64,000 nucleotides of DNA, taken from NCBI GenBank assembly GCA_963733375.1, contig CAVTDB010000026.1, forward strand, positions 320,001-384,000. Reading direction: 5' to 3'. The notes under the pieces are model-generated. The model was given only the letters and a program-made list of their open reading frames with translations, searched no databases and had not been told where the DNA came from. Numbering within the stretch: the stretch's first letter is position 1; each line of letters opens with the position of its first letter. Shown piece after piece: positions 52,894 to 64,000 of this stretch. Origin of the DNA: Nitrospirota bacterium. Its GTDB lineage: Bacteria; Nitrospirota; JACRHJ01. The position numbers were made by a program, and so were the translations under genes.

Positions 52894-54064
52894 ATGAATC
52901 TCTCAGCGGATCGCGGACGTATTTCCGGAAAGACTGCTCGAATGCCTTGAGGTGAGTTTTAAGGCGCACCCGAAAGATCTTTGAAATATCCAGGAAACAG
53001 GAAATCAATCTAATATTTGCCGGCAGCTTTTTCGCCTTTCCGTCAATAGCGCCTGCCGCTTCGCTGAATATCTCGTAGAACCTGTCCGCCGTCGCCTCCT
53101 TATCATAATTTGCCCTGACGTACCGGTGCGCGTTCTTTTTTATGGATTCCCTGAGAATTTCATCGTCTATTAATTTCTTCATGGCCCGATACCACGCCTC
53201 GTCGGTGTTTTGCACAACCAGGCCCGTTTTGCCATCCGAAACGCAGTTCGAGTAGACATCCACATTTGAATAAATCCCCGCGATGTCGCACGCGCCGTAA
53301 TCCCTGAACTTCGTGTTTGTCTTTGACTGGTGGAACAGGTCGTCCTTCAAGGGGGCCAATCCTATATCGAAATTTTCCGCATACAGCCGCCTGATGTATG
53401 TAAGATAATCCATCTTTTGGGCATAGCTCACTCCGGGAATACCTTCTAGCTCAGCGGGCCTGAACCCCCACAGGTCCATCTCCACCCGTCCAGCGTATTC
53501 AGTTAATATCTTTATCAGGGCGGGCAGGAACAGTTTTGAGAGGATGTCGTTCCCGAAACGCGACGTGGCGTAGATTATGCGGATCTTATTTTTTTTATCG
53601 CGCCTTCTCTCGACGCCGCTGAAGGTGGAAAAATCTATGCCCCCCGGAAGCATCTTTATCACGTTCGGGTTAAGCTGGGAGGCTCGTTCTACCATCGGTT
53701 CCGAGTATACAAGGACAATGTCGGACTTCCGCATATAACGCGAATGGGCATCCAGCAGGAGGGCGTCCATCGGCCCTTTTTCGGAAGATGCCAACTCAAA
53801 AAAATTATCGTCCACGGAATAGATGACCAACTTTCCGGCAAGCTTCGAGAAGTGCAGCAGCTTCAATATGGCGGGAGATGAGTTCCTGAAGAAGAATATG
53901 ACGTCATGTCCGACGATGTCGGACATTAATGCATGTTCCTCCATTTTTACGCTGAAAGACAGCGTACCCCTGGACTTTAATATCTCGAACGGCTGCTGGA
54001 TATTAATAACGAATGGGGCGTCCACGGCCGGGACGATGCAGAGGACCTTTAACTTGTTCGTCAT
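52877..54064 (-). CDS. glycosyltransferase (GT-B fold)
   Basis: Y.VDDNFF, FDIGLAPL....F..SKT..KF.DY, V.DG.TG. Confidence 0.8.
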   Translation of the reverse strand: MTNKLKVLCIVPAVDAPFVINIQQPFEILKSRGTLSFSVKMEEHALMSDIVGHDVIFFFRNSSPAILKLLHFSKLAGKLVIYSVDDNFFELASSEKGPMDALLLDAHSRYMRKSDIVLVYSEPMVERASQLNPNVIKMLPGGIDFSTFSGVERRRDKKNKIRIIYATSRFGNDILSKLFLPALIKILTEYAGRVEMDLWGFRPAELEGIPGVSYAQKMDYLTYIRRLYAENFDIGLAPLKDDLFHQSKTNTKFRDYGACDIAGIYSNVDVYSNCVSDGKTGLVVQNTDEAWYRAMKKLIDDEILRESIKKNAHRYVRANYDKEATADRFYEIFSEAAGAIDGKAKKLPANIRLISCFLDISKIFRVRLKTHLKAFEQSFRKYVRDPLRDSFRKRR

Positions 54065-54071
54065 ATAGCGC

Positions 54072-54992
54072 TTAATGACTGGAAGGCGCAATCTTCTCTA
54101 AGATAATCCTTAAGCATTTATTTCGACCCAACATGGTTTTTAAATTCAAAATGGGTTTGGCATTCTGGTTTTTAATGAAATGGTTTAAATCCGAGCCCAA
54201 AAGAATTTCTTTTGACCAATAATGCAGTGAAGCAATTTCATTTTTAATTCTGGTAATTTCATTTTGAGCCAATTGCCGCTCTTGTTTTTTTTGTTCGTAC
54301 TCGGGATGATCCGACCTTAATTTGTGCATCACGGTGTTCGAGCCGTCCATCCGAATTTTATAGATGCAGGTAACATCGGGGCAGGTAGCCGGTTCAAAAT
54401 AAAAACCAAGCTTAAGCAGAAAGGCATAATCTTCGTACATTTTCATTGATTGCGAAAATGATAACAGGGATTTATCATTAATTTTAGATCTATCTATAAG
54501 CAGCGTATTAATGGGGATATAATTATTGTTCCATAATTTTAAATATGAAAATTTTTTATGTTTAAACTTATGCTCTTTCTCAATTATATATCCATCCCTC
54601 TCTATATCTATGCAAACTTGCGAATATGCCCAGGTTCTACCGGTTTCTGATATTGTTTTTACAAGTTTGGCTAAATGGTTTGGATAAATAACGTCGTCAT
54701 CATCCAGAAAACAGATATACCTGCCGCCCGAATTCTCGATGCCGATATTTAAGTTTTTACCCCTTTCGTCTTTATCGGTCGGATTCTGTATTATCTTGAA
54801 CTCCAGCCCGGGATAGATATTTTTAAAATATTTCAGTTTATTGAAATATTCCGTATCCGTCCCCTGATAAACGAGGACAATCTGTTTATGTTCATAACTG
54901 TTGCAGAAAATACTGAAGATTGAACGCTCCAGGTAATCGAACCTGCCATCAATGGTCCGGAGTATAATGGAGACGGTTTTATTTTCATTCAT
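54072..54992 (-). CDS. GT2 glycosyltransferase
   Basis: VSIILRT, N.GIE...GRYICFLDDDD, EDY. AT-rich. Confidence 0.85.
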   Translation of the reverse strand: MNENKTVSIILRTIDGRFDYLERSIFSIFCNSYEHKQIVLVYQGTDTEYFNKLKYFKNIYPGLEFKIIQNPTDKDERGKNLNIGIENSGGRYICFLDDDDVIYPNHLAKLVKTISETGRTWAYSQVCIDIERDGYIIEKEHKFKHKKFSYLKLWNNNYIPINTLLIDRSKINDKSLLSFSQSMKMYEDYAFLLKLGFYFEPATCPDVTCIYKIRMDGSNTVMHKLRSDHPEYEQKKQERQLAQNEITRIKNEIASLHYWSKEILLGSDLNHFIKNQNAKPILNLKTMLGRNKCLRIILEKIAPSSH

Positions 54993-54998
54993 ATCGTT

Positions 54999-55858
54999 TT
55001 ACCATCTGACGGCGCTGAAATAAAATTCCGTTTTAAAGTCCATGAATTTCCGCGCCTTAAATTGCTTGTGCTCGTCCGTTTTAGCCTTAATTTCCCGGTC
55101 AAGTCCGCTAATCTCTTCCCTGGTTAGAAGCTTACGCAATTTTTTTAGAGAGAAAGTTTTAAAATCCGAACTCTTATACTTGCATCCAAGCTTATAAGCC
55201 GAGGTGAGCATATGCTTCCTGACGTCTCTTGCGGCTTCGTCCACGAAATGAAAGAACAGCGCGTCCTGGACCGTGTAACAGTCATAGCCCAGAAGCTTGG
55301 TCCTCCACGAGATATCGACGTCTTCCATGTACATGAAGAAAAATTCATCGAAGCCGCTCAGTCTTTCAAAAACAGCTTTTGGGAACATAAGGCAGCATCC
55401 GGAACACCAGGCCGTTTGGCCTGTCGCCGGATCGTATAACTTGGGATGCTCGACCGGGAACTGTCTTGCCTCAAAAATCCCGTGGTCGTCTTTTTTTTCG
55501 CGAAGGAGACCATTTCGTTCAGCATGTTCCCGTGCGGTATCCCGTCCGGGTTTGCGCAGAGGTAATAATCGAAATCTCCATCCTGTTTCGCTTTAGCGAA
55601 AATCTTATTGTGCCCGGCGCCGAAACCGATGTTGGGTGAGCTTATTAAGGATATTCTGTCTATAAAATCAGGATCGAGATTCTTCTTCAGCGTGCTTTCT
55701 ATTTCTTCTATCTGGCGACCCTCGTCGTTATCTAAAAGGACTATGTTTAAATCAAAATCATCACCGATAGAAACCGTCTGTTGCGAGAACATCGCAAGGT
55801 TCTTGAGCAGCAGGTCGAGGTCGTTCCGGTATATTACGATCCCAACGATTATTTTCAT
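54999..55858 (-). CDS. GT2 glycosyltransferase (WbbL-like; indel near 55495)
   Basis: LDND, NIGFGAGHN, NPD, GFDE.FFMY.EDVD.SWR. Confidence 0.82.
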
Positions 55859-55864
55859 TCATCC

Positions 55865-56731
55865 TCAGATTGTATAACCAAATTTTTGAAAAACAGCTTC
55901 ATCTTTTTTTAGAATGCTCAGCATTTCATCGTCAAGCCAGTTGGCCCAATCTCCAATTTTGCCTTTCCTGAAAGTAACCGAATTTTTATTAAAAGACTTG
56001 AGTGCTATTTCTTTCAATTTGCTTTCGTCAAAGGAGAGTCCAAGATGCCCTGAAATATGCCCTAAAGTTTCGGATTGTTTTTCGTCGCTTCCTCCACCTT
56101 GGCTTCCAACTAAGTCTTCAAATTTTATCATCAGGCACGAGCTCTCATTTAGCCATGGCATGAATATATTATAAATTTCGGCGATGCTACGCATCCTTTC
56201 CGGGACGCCGTTTATGCAGGCGATAAAGCGCTCGCGTTCGCTCAGGCCGGTAAAATGAGCGTGCAATGCAGCTTCGGGTTTTTTAAGTAAATAAAAAGCT
56301 TTTGATACCGCTACATCCCTCGGGTCCCGCACAATCAGGATGTGGGAAAATTTATTTTTCCTTAAAAGTTTGTCGAAGTCCTCATCAAAGCTTTTGTGGC
56401 CAACCACATATCGCCCCTTTTTCAAAGACTTCATCTTTTGCTCAATTTCTTCCATCGTCAACAGACGATGGGAGGGGACGTTATTGATTTCAGGATGGTT
56501 GATCTGCCCCGCATGCTTGAAACCCATATTATTGATGACCTTGGCTAATAAATGCGTCCCTGATTTCGGGATGCTGTTCACTAAAAGCTTTGGATAAAAA
56601 TTGTTTCGATAAAGTGAATGTATCGTTTTTTTAACTGGATAAACCAGGCTCCTCTTGAGGGATATTTCCAGCTTCTTTAACGGACCCGTCCCCGGCAGCG
56701 GTGTTTCTTTCATATCATGGACGCCTTTCAT
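55865..56731 (-). CDS. PAPS-dependent sulfotransferase-domain protein
   Basis: NSIPKSGTHLL (5'-PSB), RDPRD..VS (3'-PB), KFEDL, FRKG..GDW. Confidence 0.85.
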   Translation of the reverse strand: MKGVHDMKETPLPGTGPLKKLEISLKRSLVYPVKKTIHSLYRNNFYPKLLVNSIPKSGTHLLAKVINNMGFKHAGQINHPEINNVPSHRLLTMEEIEQKMKSLKKGRYVVGHKSFDEDFDKLLRKNKFSHILIVRDPRDVAVSKAFYLLKKPEAALHAHFTGLSERERFIACINGVPERMRSIAEIYNIFMPWLNESSCLMIKFEDLVGSQGGGSDEKQSETLGHISGHLGLSFDESKLKEIALKSFNKNSVTFRKGKIGDWANWLDDEMLSILKKDEAVFQKFGYTI

Positions 56732-56736
56732 CCGAC

Positions 56737-58500
56737 TCAGATGGTATAACCAAATTTTTTAAAGATAGCTTCATCCTTTTTTAAAATGCTCAGCATTTCA
56801 TCATCCAGCCAGTTAGCCCAATCTCCAATCTGACCTTTACGAAAGGTTAGAGACTGTACATTGAAAGATTTAAATGCTGTTTTTTTAAATTCGCTTTCTT
56901 TAAGTGATGTCCCGATATGCTTTATAATACTCCTCAACGCTTCTAATTGCTTGTTATCGCTTCCGCCGCCGCGAATTCCAATTAAATCTTCGAATTTTAC
57001 TATCATACAGCCTTCTTCATCCTGCCATGGCAGAAATTTTTCATATATTTCCGCGACGCTTGAAATCGCGTACTGTTCTTTGCTGTTAATTTCATCCTTT
57101 ATGCCTTTTATGGCGGCAATAAAACGCTCTCTATGGCTCAAGCGGTTATAATATGAAAAAAGCGAATGTGACGGTGTTTTCGTTATATAAAAAGCTTTGG
57201 ATACCACAACATCTCTTGGATCGCGCACAATTAAAAACTGAGAAACCCCATGCTTTTTAATTTGACTGTTAAACTCTTTGTCATAATGCCTGTGGCCTAC
57301 TATATATTCCTTTTTTTTGAGAGAATTTAATTTGTTTTCAGTCTCTTCCAACGTCATCCAGGGACGTATTTCACCGCTGGGAGTAATCTTAAAACCCAGA
57401 TTCAGGAATATCTGGGCTAATAAATGTGTGCCGGATTTAGGTATGCTGTTGCAGAATATTTTTGGAGAAGGATCCAATAGGTTTTTTATCGGATGAACAA
57501 TTTTTATCCTGATGTTTTTCTCCAGTTTCTTCAATGATGGCATGTATATTAACCGTGACTCGTATTTCGCTATAGCGCGTTCCTTTTCCGCTATGGCGAG
57601 CTTTTTTTCCGCTATGGCGCGTTCTCTTTCCGTTATTAATTCTATTACATCCTTGTTATAAAAAATTTTGTCATTCAGGTCAAAGAAGCGATTCCTGATA
57701 TTGTCAATCTCGGACAGTTCCTCGCCGCTGGCCGCCTCTTTGCCCACAAGACCTTTCAATAGTTCGTAATATTTTAAGATATCCTCTGACAGGACTTTGT
57801 TTACAGAGGCAGGGTCCTGGTTATGATGTTTCAGCCCGGAGTCCAGGAACTGCGAAATCTCTTCTCCGCAGTCTTCATAACTTTTGGGGAACTTGATATT
57901 TAATGTCCGTGAGATGCCGTTTATGGTATTTGCGGTGTCCTTCAGAAGGCCGTCATAGGTTATGAATACACGGGGATATTTTCTGCTGTGTAATTCTGCG
58001 TCGAGCATGTATGTCATCCACAGCAGCAGCGATTTCTCCAGGGTAAACCCGTCTCTGGTTTTTAATGAATTAGCTATTTCCAACGGGTTTCTGAGAGGGA
58101 TGATAAAGAAAGGCTTAACCCCAAGCTCTTCAAATACTTCGGACCATAACGGAAGCAGCCTGCACAGGCGGGGGTCTTTGATGCTGGTTATTCCGGAATC
58201 TTCAAAATTGGTTTTTATTACCGCTGATATTTCTTTTCTGTATTCATTGATGCCGCTTCTCTTCCACCAATTTTCCGGTAAGGCATATAAACTATCCCAT
58301 GAAGAGAGCAGGCCGCTGAATATTCTGTCATTCAGATTGACTATATCGAGGAGTTCAAAAAAACCTTTTTGATTATCGAAGCTCGGCTTGATAAAACCTG
58401 AGCCTCCCGTGCCGATTTCTACACTAAAAGCATTTAAAACCCCCATCAGGGCCGACGTCCCGCTTCTGTGCATCCCTAAAACTATTAAACATTTTTTCAT
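56737..58500 (-). CDS. two-domain sulfotransferase-family protein with coiled-coil linker
   Basis: N domain LGMHRSGTS, KDPRL, RNPLE...SL. Linker with 7-aa repeats. C domain NSIPKSGTHLL, RDPRD, FRKG..GDW. Confidence 0.82.
   Translation of the reverse strand: MKKCLIVLGMHRSGTSALMGVLNAFSVEIGTGGSGFIKPSFDNQKGFFELLDIVNLNDRIFSGLLSSWDSLYALPENWWKRSGINEYRKEISAVIKTNFEDSGITSIKDPRLCRLLPLWSEVFEELGVKPFFIIPLRNPLEIANSLKTRDGFTLEKSLLLWMTYMLDAELHSRKYPRVFITYDGLLKDTANTINGISRTLNIKFPKSYEDCGEEISQFLDSGLKHHNQDPASVNKVLSEDILKYYELLKGLVGKEAASGEELSEIDNIRNRFFDLNDKIFYNKDVIELITERERAIAEKKLAIAEKERAIAKYESRLIYMPSLKKLEKNIRIKIVHPIKNLLDPSPKIFCNSIPKSGTHLLAQIFLNLGFKITPSGEIRPWMTLEETENKLNSLKKKEYIVGHRHYDKEFNSQIKKHGVSQFLIVRDPRDVVVSKAFYITKTPSHSLFSYYNRLSHRERFIAAIKGIKDEINSKEQYAISSVAEIYEKFLPWQDEEGCMIVKFEDLIGIRGGGSDNKQLEALRSIIKHIGTSLKESEFKKTAFKSFNVQSLTFRKGQIGDWANWLDDEMLSILKKDEAIFKKFGYTI
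57566..57632 (-). repeat. about three imperfect 21-bp tandem repeats (ERAIAEK-type heptads)
   Basis: ttccgctatggcg recurs at 21-bp spacing and encodes ERERAIAEKKLAIAEKERAIAK. Confidence 0.75.
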
Positions 58501-58665
58501 TAAATCAATTCCGATGCCGGTTTTTCGCTTCTGGCGCGCCCTTATTTTACCAAAATAGAGCGGTAAATAATAGCATAATTTTTAATTATATTAAAGGCAT
58601 AATTCAATACCGCCACGGCAGAGAAACCTTGACAATCAAGGCGAAATGGAGTAACAACTTCCGGC

Positions 58666-59772
58666 ATGAATGAAAAATTCCGCATACTTCATACCGAAGC
58701 CTCCATAGGCTGGGGAGGCCAGGAGATACGCATCTTAAGCGAGATGCTGGGGATGAAGGGGAGGGGGCATGAACTCGCCCTGGCCGCGCCGGTCCATTCC
58801 AAAATTTATAACAGGGCGTCCGCCGCCGGGATAAAGGTATTCGGCATAAATTTCGACAAGCAGGGCCTTCTGGTTACCGCGCCCGCGCTCGTGAGAGTTA
58901 TAAAATCTGAGAAAGTCCAGCTTTTAAACACGCACAGTTCCCGGGACAGCTGGTCCGGGGGCATAGCGGGAAGGCTCGCCGGCATAAAGATCATCCGTAC
59001 CAGGCATATTTCCTCAAAATTAAAATCCGGCCCGTTTACCAAGCTCATCTACGGCCCATTGAACGACGCCGTAGTCACTACCGGCAATTTTATCAAGGAA
59101 CAGCTTGTCCGGGAGATCGGCCTCTCCCCCCGGAAAATATTTTCAATACCCACGGGGATAGACGTTGCCGTCTTTGCGGATGCGGACGGTGAAAAAGTGC
59201 GCCGGGAGTTCGGCATAGGCGAAGGAGAGCCGGTAATCGGGATCGCCGCGGCGCTTCGGAGCTGGAAGGGACATGTATATATCCTGCGCGCGATGCCGGA
59301 GGTGCTCCGGCGTTTCCCGAAGGCGAGGCTTTTAATCGCGGGCGAGGGGGATATGGCCCCCGGGCTGGACGCTCTGTCCAAACGGCTGAAAATACGGGAA
59401 TCGGTAATCCTTGCGGGGCACAGGGAGGACGTTCCGGAAATAATAGCCGCATTCGACGTTTCCGTGATGGCCTCATACGCATCGGAGGGTATCCCTCAGT
59501 TCGCCCTGCAGTCGATGGCGGCCGGTAAACCCCTGGTCGGCACAGCCGTCGGCGGCATACCGGAAGTGGTGAGGGACGGGGTCAACGGCTATATCGTGCC
59601 TCCCAAGGACTCCGGAGCGCTCGCGGATGCGATATTGAAGCTTCTGTCGGACCCGGATAAGGCGCGCGGGATGGGTCTTCTCGGGCAAAAGATGGCGCTG
59701 GAAGGCCACACGAAGGAGAGGATGCTGGACGATATGGAGGCACTATACCGGAAGGCGCTGGGATGCGAATAG
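58666..59772 (+). CDS. GT4 glycosyltransferase
   Basis: ILHTEAS.GWGGQE.R, NTHSS.DSW, KGH, EG.PQ...Q.MA.G.P. Confidence 0.9.
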   Translation: MNEKFRILHTEASIGWGGQEIRILSEMLGMKGRGHELALAAPVHSKIYNRASAAGIKVFGINFDKQGLLVTAPALVRVIKSEKVQLLNTHSSRDSWSGGIAGRLAGIKIIRTRHISSKLKSGPFTKLIYGPLNDAVVTTGNFIKEQLVREIGLSPRKIFSIPTGIDVAVFADADGEKVRREFGIGEGEPVIGIAAALRSWKGHVYILRAMPEVLRRFPKARLLIAGEGDMAPGLDALSKRLKIRESVILAGHREDVPEIIAAFDVSVMASYASEGIPQFALQSMAAGKPLVGTAVGGIPEVVRDGVNGYIVPPKDSGALADAILKLLSDPDKARGMGLLGQKMALEGHTKERMLDDMEALYRKALGCE

Positions 59773-60884
59773 CTATCGCGTCCATCCGCTTCGACAGAAA
59801 AGGCGGGAGCGAGAGGCGCACGTGGAATCTGGCCAGGGGACTCGTGGAGGCCGGGTCATGACGTCTCCATATTTGCGGCAGACGTGGAGGACGCCGGATT
59901 TCGATGCGGAGGTAAATATTAGTCACGGTTATGGCGGGGCCTTCTTTTTTGAAGGTGTCGAGCTTCAGAAACAACCTCCTGCGGATGCTCTCCGGCAGGA
60001 ACGACATAGACCTGGTGCATAACCAGATAAGGCCGTTCACCGACGGGGTGGTAACGGTCGGCGGCGGATGCCATGCCGAGTACCTGGAAAGGATGGGACA
60101 ACGTTTCGCTTTCCTGAACCCGCTGCACCGGGTCATCCTGAAGATGGAAAAGGAGCGTTACCGGCCGGGCGGCTGCAAAGCGGTCATAACCAACTCCGAA
60201 TTCTCCAAAAATGGTCTTCTCAGGCACTATCCTATCCCGCCGGAGAAGGTTTTCGTGGCGTATAACGGTGTTGACCTTATGAAATTCAACCCGGTCAATA
60301 TCAGGCTGAAAAGGCATGAGGCCCGGCAAAAATATGGTTTTAACGACGAGCCGGTCGCGCTTTTCATAGGGGCCGGGTTTAGAAGGAAGGGGCTCCAGAC
60401 GGCCATCAAGGCGCTGTGGTACGCGAAGGATATGGAGGGCAGTATCAGCGATTTGAAGCTGCTGGTGGCGGGAAAAGACGACCCGAAGCCCTTCCTCAAG
60501 CTGGCGGGAAAACTGGGAGTAGCCGACAGGCTGGTTTTTACCGGCCATGTGAAGGACCCTGAATCTCTTTACGGCGCGTCGGATATTTATGTCCTGCCGA
60601 CCAGGTACGACCCGTTTTCCAACTCCTGCCTGGAGGCCATGGCGTCCGGCCTGCCAGTAATAACCACCTCCCAGAACGGCGTGGCGGAGGTTATGGAAGA
60701 CGGGGTAGACGGCTTCGTGCTGAACGACCCGGAGGATGCGGCGGGGCTTGCGGCTGCGCTTCAGTACCTCTCATGCGAAAAGGCGCGGGAAGAAACGGGC
60801 AAAAAGGCCAGAGAAAAGGCGGAAAACTTCACCTGGGAAAAAACTCTCCACAAGACGCTTGAGGTTTACGAGAAAGTAATATAA
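59763..60884 (+). CDS. GT4 glycosyltransferase (WaaG-like; indels near 59820-59915)
   Basis: GGSER, YNGVD, G.GF.RKGL, PTRYDPFSN.CLEAMASGLP. Confidence 0.85.
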
Positions 60885-60922
60885 AATAACATATTTTATC
60901 ATGCCCCTCGGGAGAGAACTTT

Positions 60923-61910
60923 TTGGACAAAAAAAGCCTTCTTGGACACCTGGAGCGGTTTAAATCGGCTGATATCCTGGTCGTCGGCGATATCATACTC
61001 GACCAGTTCGTATGGGGCAAGGTGTCTCGAATCTCGCCCGAGGCGCCTGTCCCGGTCGTGGAAATAAACCATGAATCCATAATGCTTGGCGGCGCGGCCA
61101 ACGTCCTTAGCAACATAGTATCTCTTGGCGGCAATGCGAGGATCTGCGGCGACCGTCGGCAGCGACGAGATGGGCCGCAGGGTAATCCATGAGCTGCGGC
61201 TTAAAAAGATAGATACGGACGGAATAATCGTGGATAACTGCCGCCCCACTACCGTAAAGACGCGGGTAATAGCGCACAGCCAGCAGGTAGTCCGGTTCGA
61301 CCGCGAGAGCAAGGGCGACATTGCCTGCGCCTCGGAGGATATAATCCTGGACTACCTGAAAGCCCGCCATCATTCCTTCTCCGGGATCATCATATCCGAT
61401 TACGCCAAGGGAGTCGTCACGAAGAAGCTTGTCGCGGGTATCGTGAAGATAGCCAAAGAGAGGAAAATACCCGTCGCGGTAGACCCGAAGGTGGGACATT
61501 TCGATTACTATAAAAACGTGACGGTGGTGACGCCGAATAATCTAGAGGCATCGCAGGCGGCGGGGTTCGAGATAACCGACGAAATTTCTCTTGCCGCCGC
61601 CGGAAAAAAACTCATCGAAAAGCTAAAGAGCGAGGCGGTGCTCATCACCCGCGGCGAGCATGGGATGAGCCTCTTCCGAAACGGCGGAAAAGCGGTGCAC
61701 ATACCGACCGTGGCCAAGGAAGTATACGACGTTACCGGCGCCGGGGATACCGTCATTGCGGTATTGATGCTGGCCCTGTCGACGGGCGCGGACATGCACG
61801 AAGCGGCAGTGATTGCCAACCATGCGGCGGGCATAGTCGTGGGCGAAGTGGGGACGGCGACAGTGAAACCGGAGCAGCTGAAAAAGACGATAAAGCAGGC
61901 GGTGATATGA
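60923..61910 (+). CDS. rfaE1: D-glycero-beta-D-manno-heptose-7-phosphate kinase (indel near 61150)
   Basis: VVGD..LD....G...RISPEAPVPV, GGAANV, SDYAKG, TPN..EA, VYDVTGAGDTV. Confidence 0.92.
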
Positions 61911-62859
61911 AGATACTTGTTACGGGCGGCGCGGGCTTCATCGGGTCTACCGTCTCGGAAAAGCTCCTTGCGCGCGGTGACGAGGTAGTAGTCATCGACT
62001 GTTTCGACGAGTTCTACGACCCCCGCATAAAGAGGAACAACATTCAAACGGCCCTCAAAAACCAGTCGTATAAACTGGTCGAGGGCGATATACGGGACCT
62101 GGAACTGCTGAAGACGCTTTTTAAAAGGGAAAAATTTGACCGGGTATTCCATCTTGCGGCGCGGGCGGGAGTGCGGCCGTCTATTATCGACCCGCTCCTG
62201 TACGAGGACGTGAATTTCCGGGGCACCATGAACCTGCTGGAGGCGGCAAAGGAGAACAACCTGCCGGGCTTTATCTTCGCCTCGTCTTCGTCCGTCTATG
62301 GAACCAATAAAAAGGTACCTTTTTCCGAAACTGACAACGTCGACAATCCCGTGTCTCCCTATGCGGCTACAAAAAAAGCCTGCGAGCTTATATGCCACAC
62401 GTACCATTACCTCTATAACCTTAATATTTCATGCCTCCGGTTCTTCACCGTCTACGGACCGCGGCAGAGGCCGGAGATGGCCATACACAAGTTCACCCGT
62501 CTCATCGACCAGGGGAAACCTGTCCCCATGTTCGGAGACGGCATCTCCCGCAGGGACTACACATATATAGACGACATCGCCGACGGCGTGCTGAAGGCGA
62601 TAGATCATAACGCGGAATTTGAAATATTTAATATCGGCGAATCACGGACTACGGAACTGAGAAGGCTGATCGAACTCATAGAGAACAGCCTCGGCAAGAA
62701 GGCGGATATAGAGCAGCTTCCGGACCAGCCGGGCGACGTCCAGGTCACTTACGCCGACATTACCAAATCGAAAAAGATACTCGGATACGACCCCCGGACC
62801 CAGGTAGAGGAGGGCGTGCGGAAATTCGTCGAATGGTACATCTTAAACAGGGAGGCCCT

Positions 62860-62863
<4 letters not shown>
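61907..62863 (+). CDS. NAD-dependent epimerase (UDP-glucuronate 4-epimerase-like)
   Basis: [42 protein letters not shown]. Confidence 0.9.

Positions 62864-64000
<1,137 letters not shown>

Overview
Chromosomal segment of a GC-rich Gram-negative bacterium. Its gene content suggests an anaerobe of Nitrospirota/Desulfobacterota type (inference). Roughly half of the genes, including essential ones (bamA, lpxB, msbA, lpxK, waaA, kdsB), are broken by 1-2 nt indels, most simply read as long-read assembly errors, so genes below are given as reconstructed spans. Layout: (1) 1-4.8 kb housekeeping genes. (2) 4.9-22.6 kb, a PadR-led, translationally coupled aromatic type II polyketide synthase cluster: KS-alpha, CLF, an ACP missed by the ORF track, a TcmN-like aromatase and other cyclases. 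It has no recognisable oxygenase or SDR ketoreductase. Instead it carries enzymes typical of anaerobes (U32 Fe-S protein, tungsten AOR family, two TIGR04076-like proteins, iron-sulfur flavoprotein, B12-radical SAM), two FAD oxidoreductases, a lipid acyltransferase, and one ~70-aa domain present three times. This is the best candidate for an undescribed system. (3) 22.6-27 kb radical SAM gene, tRNA-Phe, oxoacid oxidoreductase beta/gamma, acetyltransferase, hemW. (4) 27-64 kb bamA, lipid A/LPS core genes, kdsB and pyrG, interrupted by three AT-rich insertions: an orphan membrane protein, an M.PvuII-like methyltransferase plus GHKL ATPase pair (candidate defence module), and an inverted glycosyltransferase/sulfotransferase cassette.
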